Shown here piece after piece: positions 1-7,962 of a stretch of 64,000 nt of DNA. The position numbers were made by a program, and so were the translations under genes. The notes under the pieces are model-generated. The model did not search any database and was not told the origin of the DNA. It saw nothing but the letters and a program-made list of their open reading frames with translations. Numbering within the stretch: position 1 is the first letter of the stretch; every line of letters starts with the position of its first letter. Source of the DNA: Candidatus Coatesbacteria bacterium (GTDB lineage Bacteria; RBG-13-66-14). The stretch is taken from the NCBI GenBank assembly GCA_014728225.1, contig WJLX01000050.1:3008-67007 (forward strand), given 5' to 3'.

Positions 1-823
1 CCAGCCGGTGCTCCGGTGCCAGCACCACGTAGGTCATGCCGTAGACCGTATCCACTCGGGTGGTGAAGACGGAGAAGGCTTCGTCCAGCCCATCGATGGG
101 CAGCTCGAACTCGACGCCCTCGGAGCGGCCGATCCAGTTGCGCTGCATGGTGCGCACCTGCTCCGGCCACTCGGGCAGCGCTTCGAGATCGTCCAACAAC
201 TCCTGGGCGTAGTCGGTGATCTTGAAGAACCACTGTTCGAGATGCTTCTGGGTCACCTTGCCGTCGCAGCGCTCGCAAAGCCCCCCGACGACCTGCTCGT
301 TGGCCAGCACCGTCTGGCAGCTCGGACACCAGTTGGCCGGGCTGGCCTTGCGCTCCACCAGGTTCATCTCGTAAAGCTGCAAAAAGATCCACTGGGTCCA
401 GCCGTAGTAGTCGGGCTTGGAGGTGTCGACCTCGCGGTCCCAGTTATAGGGGATCCCCAGGCGGCTCATGGCCTCCTTGAAGGTGGCGATGTTGGCCTGG
501 GTCCACTCGTCGGGATGGATGTCGCGTTGGATGGCGGCGTTCTCCGCCGGCAGGCCGAAGGCGTCCCAACCCATCGGGTGCAGCACAGTATGCCCGTTGC
601 GGTGGCGGTAGCGGGCGATGACGTCGCCGATGGCATAGTTGCGCGCGTGGCCCATGTGCAGCTTGCCCGAGGGGTAGGGGAACATATCGAGGACGTAGTA
701 CTTGTCCCGCGGCGGCTCCAGCCCCAGACGATCCGGCTGGGCGAATCGACAAAAACCCTCGCGCCAGCGGTGCTGCCAGCGCTCCTCCAAGCCGCGGGGA
801 TCGTAGTGCTCTGCAGGACTCAT
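1..823 (-). CDS. leuS: leucyl-tRNA synthetase, N-terminal part (partial; continues past the window start)
   Basis: Minus-strand translation from ATG at 821-823 gives [24 protein letters not shown]...[32 protein letters not shown] (class I aaRS HIGH motif, LeuS-type N-terminus), open to the window edge; the + strand track ORF 8..883 is its antisense shadow. Confidence 0.85.
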   Translation of the reverse strand, partial: MSPAEHYDPRGLEERWQHRWREGFCRFAQPDRLGLEPPRDKYYVLDMFPYPSGKLHMGHARNYAIGDVIARYRHRNGHTVLHPMGWDAFGLPAENAAIQRDIHPDEWTQANIATFKEAMSRLGIPYNWDREVDTSKPDYYGWTQWIFLQLYEMNLVERKASPANWCPSCQTVLANEQVVGGLCERCDGKVTQKHLEQWFFKITDYAQELLDDLEALPEWPEQVRTMQRNWIGRSEGVEFELPIDGLDEAFSVFTTRVDTVYGMTYVVLAPEHRL

Positions 824-907
824 ACTTGGACTCCGGGGGAAATGGCATGGGTGCCGCTGCTCAGGCCGGGTGTGGCGCGGTGACATCGACTGTGTGGTGC
901 ACCGGTG

Positions 908-1104
908 CCGGCGACCTTTGAAAACAGCCCTCGTCGTTTCGGCGGTCGTAGACTGCTCCACCGCCGGAACTGGCACGGTTTTTGCATCTCGGCGCCCGTT
1001 ACGATTGATGCTAACGGTCGGCCTCCGCAAAAACCGTGCCAGTTCCGGCGGGGCGGCAGGTGGTTTTCACGGGGCGTTGGTTTCGTGTTTTCAAAGGTCG
1101 CCGG
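908..1104. repeat. long nested palindromic element, copy 1 (conserved core 964-1048)
   Basis: Outer arms ccggcgacctttgaaaaca (908-926) / tgttttcaaaggtcgccgg (1086-1104). Core ccggaactggcacggtttttgcatctcggcg...cggcctccgcaaaaaccgtgccagttccgg with inner cgtta...taacg stem. Paralogous copies at 29947-30137 and 46504-46699. Confidence 0.7.
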
Positions 1105-1359
1105 TGTGTTGTCGCAGATTGTACCAAACCGCCGTCCCGGGTTGTCGACGGCGGTTTTATGTAATGCGCGAAGAAGCTCTACCGGCCGTCAACCGTGGAG
1201 GGTGGGCGGCAGGGTAAGTCGGCGGCTGGCGCCGTAATCTTTGCTGGGTTTGACTGTAGATGTCTTCATGGTGGAGCAGCTCGGGTGGTTGTTTTCCGCT
1301 GCGGTGGCGGGCGCGTGGGCCTGAATATAGCCGACGTTCTCGTGGGTGTCAAGGCGGCG

Positions 1360-1788
1360 CTATTTCTTCTTCTTGTCGCCGTTGTCGTCTTTATTCTGGG
1401 GTTCGTCCCAGATGAGGATCGCGCCGCAGTTCTCGCAGTATTCGATTCCCTCGGTGCGGCGCACGCGCATGGACTTCGCGCTGGGGACTGAGACGAAGCA
1501 ATTGGTGCAGACTCCGCCGGAGAGCTTGGCGACGGCGTGTTCGTGGTGGCGGCGGTAGAAGCGCTGGTAGTGCTGGAGGAGGTCCTGGCGGATCTTGGAC
1601 TTCATTTCTTCTTTCCCGACGGCGATCTGTTCCAGCTCCTGGGAGATGCCGTGGATCTCCTCGGGGGAGAGTCCCTGCTCGCGCAGGTCCTCCAGCACCT
1701 CGCCGAGTCGGTTGAGCAGGCGGTCTACTTCCTGGAGTTTGGCGACTAGTTTTAGCTGTTCCTTCATTTGCTTCTCCCGCTTGATCAC
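1360..1788 (-). CDS. zinc-ribbon domain protein (COG1579-like: coiled-coil N-term, C-terminal CxxC...CxxC ribbon)
   Basis: Track ORF; coiled-coil-like Glu/Lys/Leu-rich N-half, C-terminal CTNC...CENCG zinc ribbon, Lys tail. Confidence 0.55.
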   Translation of the reverse strand: MIKREKQMKEQLKLVAKLQEVDRLLNRLGEVLEDLREQGLSPEEIHGISQELEQIAVGKEEMKSKIRQDLLQHYQRFYRRHHEHAVAKLSGGVCTNCFVSVPSAKSMRVRRTEGIEYCENCGAILIWDEPQNKDDNGDKKKK

Positions 1789-2010
1789 GGCGTCGGGCCG
1801 CTGCGTGTCTTCGCTTGATCGGAGGTTTGCCCCCGAGGCGGCCGTCTTCCCTTGGTAGCTGCTTTCCTAGTTTAGACAATTTTAGTCCCGGACGCCGTTA
1901 AATGCAAGCTGTTCAAAACCGCCACTTCCGTGAGACAACGGAGTCTCGTTTGCCGAGGCGGCACCGGGCGACGGGAACGTTGTCTTGCAGCATCCCTTCA
2001 CCAATTCGGG

Positions 2011-2039
2011 TTGACGCCGGGGAAGTTTTACACTAATGT
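2011..2039 (+). promoter_or_regulatory. putative sigma70-like promoter (ttgacg-17-taatgt) about 380 nt upstream of the 2417 CDS
   Basis: -35 ttgacg 2011-2016, 17-nt spacer, -10 taatgt 2034-2039; would give a long untranslated leader. Confidence 0.3.
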
Positions 2040-2416
2040 TTATCTGTCGGGTTTTACGTTGAACGATAAACAATGATCCAGGGTTCATTGTCAGATGGTT
2101 TTCGCCTATCCCCTCCAAGTACAACGGGTATCGGTGATTAATGAGCGCCGACCCGGCGTCGGGATCCACGGCGTTCAAATCCGACAACCCGGCCTCGAGC
2201 AACTACCGCGGTTCTTCTCACCCCCGCGGCCGGGAGCGATAAATGGTAAGCCGAGTACCCGCCGGACACCGCATCTTTTAAGAAACGTCGGCTCAAACCA
2301 ACCCGGATTACGAGTAACACGGTCGGCGATGAGTAAACAGACGCCCCCTTGGACGGCGAACCGGTGGTAAACGCGGTTCCGTCGACTATGAGGCATCAAC
2401 GAAGGGAGACCGACAG

Positions 2417-3370
2417 ATGAAAAGGACTGTTGCACTGCTACTAGTATTGGCCCTCGGCAGCCTGGTTTTCGCCGCGGCGGGCATCTCGATACACTCGACC
2501 AATCCCCCGGCGGGTTCGGGTAACCTGGGCCTGGAGCCCCAACCGTTAATGGACCCCCAGGTCATCGTCACCGGCTCGACGATGTTCCTTGGTGCCGCCT
2601 GGTACTATCATTACAACAATGACGACGACGGCGATGACGATTACCAGGACGGGGAGATATATCCGGCCAACAGCGAGCCCCTGGAGCTGGTTTACAACTG
2701 CATGAACTATCTCATCGGAGAATCGGGCAGCGTGGCCTGTATGGGCGAGTTTTCACCCTACAGTCTCTCGGGACTGCAGACGGATTACTATATACCACGG
2801 TATGATCAGAACTACATGGAGTTTCTCGAGGAGAACCTCAACGGCACCAACCCGAACATGCCCAGCCCGCCCTTCAGCTGCAGTTACGACTTCGTCCAGG
2901 TCACCAACTCCGATCCCCTCACCGGCGGGGGCACTCCATACTATGATCTGCTGATGATCGGTGAGGAGTGGGCGCTCTACCCGACGAATTTCCTCCATGA
3001 GCGGGCGGAGTTGACCGCCTACGTCGCCGCCGGCGGCCGGATCATCATCGCCGGTTCCACCAAATCCGATCCGGTGACCGGCCAGCAGCTGATCTTCCTG
3101 CCGAAGGACCAGATCTGGATGTACGCCAGTACGGGACCCTTCAACCTCCCGCCGGTGCGGCCCGGACATCCGGTGGCCCAGGGGATCGATCGCGAGGAAT
3201 GGGATATCCAGAACGAGATTTACGCTCACGTAGACAACTGGGACCAGCAGTATTACGTTGTCGTCTTCGAGGATGACGACGGCTATCCCACCCTACTCGT
3301 CGGCGATCTCGACGCCCAGGACGTGGCCCCGACAAGCTGGGGCGCCTTGAAAGCCTCGGTTTCCCAGTAG
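2417..3370 (+). CDS. secreted protein of unknown function, paralog A
   Basis: RBS aagggag, signal peptide MKRTVALLLVLALGSLVFAAAG. About 45% identical to the 4389..5330 product, with shared blocks GSTMF.AAWY, YDQNYMEF.EENLNGTNP, AAGG.IIIAGSTK, FLPKDQIWM, PTSWGALKA. Confidence 0.7.
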   Translation: MKRTVALLLVLALGSLVFAAAGISIHSTNPPAGSGNLGLEPQPLMDPQVIVTGSTMFLGAAWYYHYNNDDDGDDDYQDGEIYPANSEPLELVYNCMNYLIGESGSVACMGEFSPYSLSGLQTDYYIPRYDQNYMEFLEENLNGTNPNMPSPPFSCSYDFVQVTNSDPLTGGGTPYYDLLMIGEEWALYPTNFLHERAELTAYVAAGGRIIIAGSTKSDPVTGQQLIFLPKDQIWMYASTGPFNLPPVRPGHPVAQGIDREEWDIQNEIYAHVDNWDQQYYVVVFEDDDGYPTLLVGDLDAQDVAPTSWGALKASVSQ

Positions 3371-4306
3371 ACCCGGCTTCCAGCTCGCTTTCGGGCTACC
3401 GGCGACGGTTTGGCGGATTGTAACCCCGCCAGGGCGTCGTCGGTTTTTCACCGGGTTTCCGTTGACTCGATCCGTCCAGACCGTGAGTGTTGCGGGCCGG
3501 CTCAGTCGATTGGACCTATCTAGATGGTCTCCCATTCAAACAGTAGTATGGCTTAACCGCAGCCTGAAGGCCCCTCGCTGAGACAGAGGCGCAACCACCG
3601 TCGGCGGTCCAGCCGACCCCTCAGCCTGCCGCAGCATCGAGCGGCCACGCCCATGTTCGCTGAGCAACTGCGGTGATTTGGCTCTGAGCCCTCGAAGCCT
3701 GTGTTGTCAATACACTCCCCCTGGTCCTTTCATGGTCGAGTTGACTAGGTGGTCTCTGACGATAACATCCGTCGGGACAACACCTTATCCATCGTCAGCG
3801 CTTCAGGAGTTAATCCTCAGCTCCAGGGCCAAGTCAGCCCGGATTGTCCTGGAGTTGGTGGTGAAGCTGAACTGAAGTAGCTATCCGACGCAATTATTGA
3901 CGATTCGGCGGTTTAATCACCATTCCGCATTTGTTAAAGCTGCGGTTTACACTCATTTAACAATGTTTCGCACTTCGTTCATCCCGGACGGCCTGCGCCA
4001 ATCCGGATCAGCCGACACTGGGTCAAGCTGCCGGGCGTGCATGGCAGACTCCCGGGGCACTATTCACTTTACCCGCCCTTTGCACCCAAGATCCGGCGCA
4101 ATCTCCTGACGGATAGGCCTGCCCTGCGGTCCGGGACCAGTTAAAATGCGCTCATATCTCAAAACCGTTAACGAATTACCCAGTTATTAAAGAAACTAGT
4201 GCACCTTGCCCGCTACCTCCTCACCCCATCGCCGATATACCTGTTGCAAGCGTCACTTTTTCCCCCACCGCTTGGCGAAGGGATGAAAAATCGGTCCGGT
4301 GACACC

Positions 4307-4335
4307 TTGACAATGGCTTTCTCATCAGCTAAATT
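4307..4335 (+). promoter_or_regulatory. putative sigma70-like promoter for paralog B (ttgaca-17-taaatt)
   Basis: ttgaca 4307-4312, 17-nt spacer, taaatt 4330-4335, about 50 nt upstream of the ggag RBS and ATG 4389. Confidence 0.4.
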
Positions 4336-4388
4336 ACTCTATGAATAAACGATGACAAAACCGAACTCCAACGAGCGAGGAGTGGATC

Positions 4389-5330
4389 ATGTCGCGTCGT
4401 TTACTGTTGCTGTTTCTGTGTCTGGTCGTTCCCCTGTGGGCGGCTGGAGGGTTGTGCGTCAACTCCGCGATACCGCCGCGCACCGAGCAGGCGCCCCCGC
4501 AACCCAGTTGGGGTAAAGAGGACGACGTGGTGATCACCGGCTCGACGATGTTCATCGCCGCCGCCTGGTACTGCCATGAAACCAAAAACGGCGACGCATA
4601 CCCGGCCAACCGCGAGGGATTGGATCTGGTTTTCAACTCCATGTTCTACCTGATCGGCAACACCGGCAACGTTGCTTGTATGGGCGACTTTGGTCAATAC
4701 AGCCTTTCCGGTCTGCAGACCGGTTTCTACCTCGCAGATTACGATCAGAATTACATGGAGTTCGTCGAGGAGAACCTCAACGGCACCAACCCCAGCCTGC
4801 CCGGCAATCATCCCTACCACTGCAGCTACGATATGACCCAGATCACCAAGGACGATCCCCTGGTGCTCAACAATGAACCGCTCTACGATCTGCTGATGAT
4901 CAGCGAGGAGTGGAAGATCGAAGACGGCGACAATTACCTGCACACCCGCCAGGAGATCAGTTCGTTCATCGCCGCCGGCGGCAAGGTGATCATCGCCGGC
5001 AGCACCAAGGTCGACTCGATCACGGGTACCCGCTTGAGTTTTCTGCCCAAGGATCAGATCTGGATGTTCGAGAGTGTGCTTGGCACCTTCCCCTTGCCCC
5101 CCGCCGATCCCGGTCATCCGATCGCCGCGGGGATCGACGAGGCAGAGTGGAACATCCAAAACGAGATCTTCTCCGTCATCCGCGACTACGACGAGAACTA
5201 CTACTACAAGATCTTCAGCAACTCGAGCTTCCTCGATGGCAACTCCACCGTCCTCGTCGTCGGCGGCGACGAGTGGAGCGGGGTTCAGCCAACCTCCTGG
5301 GGGGCGCTCAAGGCCGGTCTGGCCGACTAG
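4389..5330 (+). CDS. secreted protein of unknown function, paralog B
   Basis: Signal peptide MSRRLLLLFLCLVVPLWAAG; co-linear similarity to 2417..3370; followed by an intrinsic terminator. Confidence 0.7.
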   Translation: MSRRLLLLFLCLVVPLWAAGGLCVNSAIPPRTEQAPPQPSWGKEDDVVITGSTMFIAAAWYCHETKNGDAYPANREGLDLVFNSMFYLIGNTGNVACMGDFGQYSLSGLQTGFYLADYDQNYMEFVEENLNGTNPSLPGNHPYHCSYDMTQITKDDPLVLNNEPLYDLLMISEEWKIEDGDNYLHTRQEISSFIAAGGKVIIAGSTKVDSITGTRLSFLPKDQIWMFESVLGTFPLPPADPGHPIAAGIDEAEWNIQNEIFSVIRDYDENYYYKIFSNSSFLDGNSTVLVVGGDEWSGVQPTSWGALKAGLAD

Positions 5331-5354
5331 CAAGCCGTCAGTTGATCAATAACA

Positions 5355-5380
5355 CCGGGGCCGACGGCCCCGGTTTTTTT
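5355..5380 (+). terminator. rho-independent terminator
   Basis: ccggggccgacggccccgg followed by ttttttt, 25 nt after the stop of the 4389..5330 gene. Confidence 0.7.
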
Positions 5381-5602
5381 AGCGGCATCGTCCACCCTGC
5401 TAGACCGACTCGCAGCGAATAGAGAGCAAAAGCTCAAATCGCGAAAACGGCTGAGAGAAGAGGGCTGGTAGAGGACATCTCGACCACTGTCGATAACGAC
5501 TGCCTTCTGCAACTACTCGAGGAGCAACCCGAGACTGAAGGTGTTGAACCGTATAGTCTTGGTTACAAACCGCTTAGGTTGCTTGTGTCAATCTGTCACC
5601 GC

Positions 5603-6147
5603 CTCCCTGATAACCAGGCTGAGGTTGCGTTTGAAACCGCCGTGGTGGGCCTTTCGCCGGCGTTCGGCGTAGCCCCGGAAGTTCTCGAGGTCCTTGATAT
5701 GCACCCTGCCAGTGGCCGGGGTCTTGTCATGATTGATGCGCCTGTGATGGAAGCCGTTGAATGAGACAGCTCGTTAGCGGCCTGTCAGCCGTCGGAGTGG
5801 ACGCTCGAGTCCAGCTCGGCCTCCCGAGCCGCGGCGATGCGCTAGTGCTTGGCGACCGTACTGGGATGGACGCCGACCCTCTTGGCCTTCCCGGCTGCGG
5901 TTGCTTCAAGCCGAAGCAGCACGGCGATCAACCAGCGCTGTTCCAAGGCGCTCGCACGTCCGCCGCCCGTCGCCTAACCTGTAGTGATAGCGGTAGTTAC
6001 ACTTCGCACACTTGACGCGCCTGGCGGGATTACCCTTTGAGCCGGCGGCCACAGCGCCTCCTTTGCCCGTGACGTGGCGGCATCCCGTCAACTCTCGTGA
6101 AGACAAGACAATCACACATATGACGACCCATGGGCGTTAGGGTAGCC
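5603..6147 (-). pseudogene. degenerate IS1595/IS1-superfamily transposase remnant, copy A
   Basis: About 85% nucleotide identity over ~545 bp to 15620-16193. Zinc-ribbon-like N-terminus (KCAKCNYRYHYRLGDGRRTCE) but reading frame broken by stops and deletions relative to copy B. Confidence 0.6.
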
Positions 6148-6370
6148 GAAAACCAACACCCCCCATTCAGGAGTCAATAGCTCCAGGAGTCAATGGCTCC
6201 AAAATACAATAGTAAGACTTCATTATTGAAGTAGCCGGGTCCGCTGCCAAGTGAACCCGGTTATTGACCCTTTGCCGCTTTGGAGCCCTGGCTAACCAGG
6301 CTCCCGGCCATAGCTGACGCCGGCCCGGTGGTTAGACCGGGTCGGCGATTTACTGCTTGACGGCACAGGC

Positions 6371-7507
6371 TTAATCCGCGTCGCGGACACCGAGCACGCT
6401 GTTGTAGATCCGCACCTCGTCGTTCTGCGGTCCGCGGCCTGTGGGATAATCCCCGGGGTCGCCGCTCTTGGGATCGCTGCGCAGGGCTCCGGCGCCGTGG
6501 ACGTCGGTCCCCCGGTAGTCGACGGCCTTGCCGAAGCAGACGTAGACGGCGCTACGATAATCGTCGCCGTGGGTGGTCGCCGTCCAGCCCCAGACGTCGG
6601 GATCGCTGAGCTCGAAGAGGGGGTCCAGCGCCGGGTCGTTGCTGGAGTAGTCGATGATCGATTGCAGCTCCTTGGCGTCGGGCAGGCGCCAGTCGTCGAA
6701 GCCCGCCAGTTCGAGCCCCTCGGCGTAGGCCAGGGCCTCCTCCCAGTTGTAGCATTCACCGTCGTCGCCCCGCTGCCACATCAGCCCCGTCGATTGGTCG
6801 GTCAGCGTGCCGTCGCCGTTGTCGATGAAGACGCTTTCGCCGTAAGCCTCGCCCCGGACGCAGCGTACATAGGCCTCGAAGGGACTCCCGTCCGGGCCGT
6901 GCCGCGTCGGGTAGGCCTTGATGTGACCGTCGGCGAAATTGAAGCCGAAGGCCGCTTCATCGCCGGCGAAAACCAGGCCGACGTACAGATTGCTCGACCA
7001 GTACTGGCCGTCGATGTCCCGGTACGGCGGCCGGGGGTACTCGAAAGCGAAGTAGTCGGTGTCCAGATAGGGGGTCTGGGTCAGCATACCGCCGGAGAAC
7101 AGGGCGATCGAAGTCAACTCCTCGATCGTCGGCAGGCGCCAGTCCTCGCAACCGGCCAGCTCGAGCTCCGCGGCGTAGTCGCCGGCCTCCTCCCAGCTCA
7201 TCCGCCCGGCGAAGTCCTGTTGCCAGACCAGGCCGGTGTTGAGATCGGTCACCGTGCCGTCGCCGTTGTCCCGGTACGACGGCTGGACGCCGTCATACTG
7301 AGCGTCCTGTCCGTAGAAGGCCTCCCCGGAGCCCGGGGGGTTTATCGGGCCCGTGTTGTCGTAGCAGGTGCTCTGCTCGGTATCGACGACGGAACCGTCG
7401 CCCGCCGCCTCGCCGTCGCCCGCCGCGGCGACGCTGTCGCAGGCCGCGACCGCGAACAGGATCAGGGCCGGCAAGATGAACAGATATCGCCTGTTGGTGC
7501 GTCGCAT
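6371..7507 (-). CDS. DUF1566-domain lipoprotein (Lcl-like repeats)
   Basis: Start at second Met (RBS gaggagg): MRRTNRRYLFILPALILFAVAAC lipobox. Repeated DNGDGTVTD..TGL.WQ and W..A..YA..LELAG.DDWRLP..EL.SI motifs typical of DUF1566. Confidence 0.7.
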   Translation of the reverse strand: MRRTNRRYLFILPALILFAVAACDSVAAAGDGEAAGDGSVVDTEQSTCYDNTGPINPPGSGEAFYGQDAQYDGVQPSYRDNGDGTVTDLNTGLVWQQDFAGRMSWEEAGDYAAELELAGCEDWRLPTIEELTSIALFSGGMLTQTPYLDTDYFAFEYPRPPYRDIDGQYWSSNLYVGLVFAGDEAAFGFNFADGHIKAYPTRHGPDGSPFEAYVRCVRGEAYGESVFIDNGDGTLTDQSTGLMWQRGDDGECYNWEEALAYAEGLELAGFDDWRLPDAKELQSIIDYSSNDPALDPLFELSDPDVWGWTATTHGDDYRSAVYVCFGKAVDYRGTDVHGAGALRSDPKSGDPGDYPTGRGPQNDEVRIYNSVLGVRDAD

Positions 7508-7760
7508 CGGTATCCTCCTCGGATCGGGTTCAAACGCCTCGCGGCCGCTGCACCGCACCATCAGCTAAATGCAAGAAGTGTGCCAGTCGTTCATTATCAA
7601 CAAGATGCGCAGTATGCACCCCGCGGAACGGCCCGTTGAGCCAGAACCGTGCATGATTTGCTGCGCCCAACGACCAGGGCCGGGCGCTGCGGGGCTCCGA
7701 GAACGTCCCGGACGCCCGGCTGAAGCGTCACCAGGCGATACAGCTTATGCTGCAGGCGGC

Positions 7761-7830
7761 GGCCCCGGCGCGGTTCTTGCCCGCGGGACGCCGACGGCGG
7801 ACCGCGGAATGCAAGAACCGTGACGGGGCC
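7761..7830. repeat. short hairpin sharing the cggttcttgc...gcaagaaccg motif
   Basis: ggccccggcgcggttcttgc / palindromic loop ccgcgg..ccgcgg / gcaagaaccgtgacggggcc; sits between the comEC 3' end and the DUF1566 gene start. Confidence 0.5.
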
Positions 7831-7962
7831 GGGGCCGGGAAAGGGGAAAGCGCTGAGCGACGGAGGATAAAGCGCAACCGCGGGGGGTCGGCGAGCGGTC
7901 GGGAGGTGGGGGGACGACCGTCCGCGCGGAACTGAGGGTGGCTTGACGAGGAGAGCGGTTGT

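Noticed and set aside
8-883. 291-aa + strand ORF at the start of the window
   Set aside because: It is the antisense shadow of the leuS N-terminus encoded on the minus strand (clear HIGH-motif LeuS translation). High GC suppresses stop codons on the opposite strand.
2165-2195. tRNA-like T-loop sequence gttcaaatcc
   Set aside because: Flanking bases do not form a T-stem, acceptor stem or the other arms; no tRNA is supported anywhere in the window.
6168-6199. 16-bp direct duplication caggagtcaat(a/g)gctc next to IS copy A
   Set aside because: Too short and single to call a target-site duplication or regulatory element; noted only as possible insertion-scar debris.
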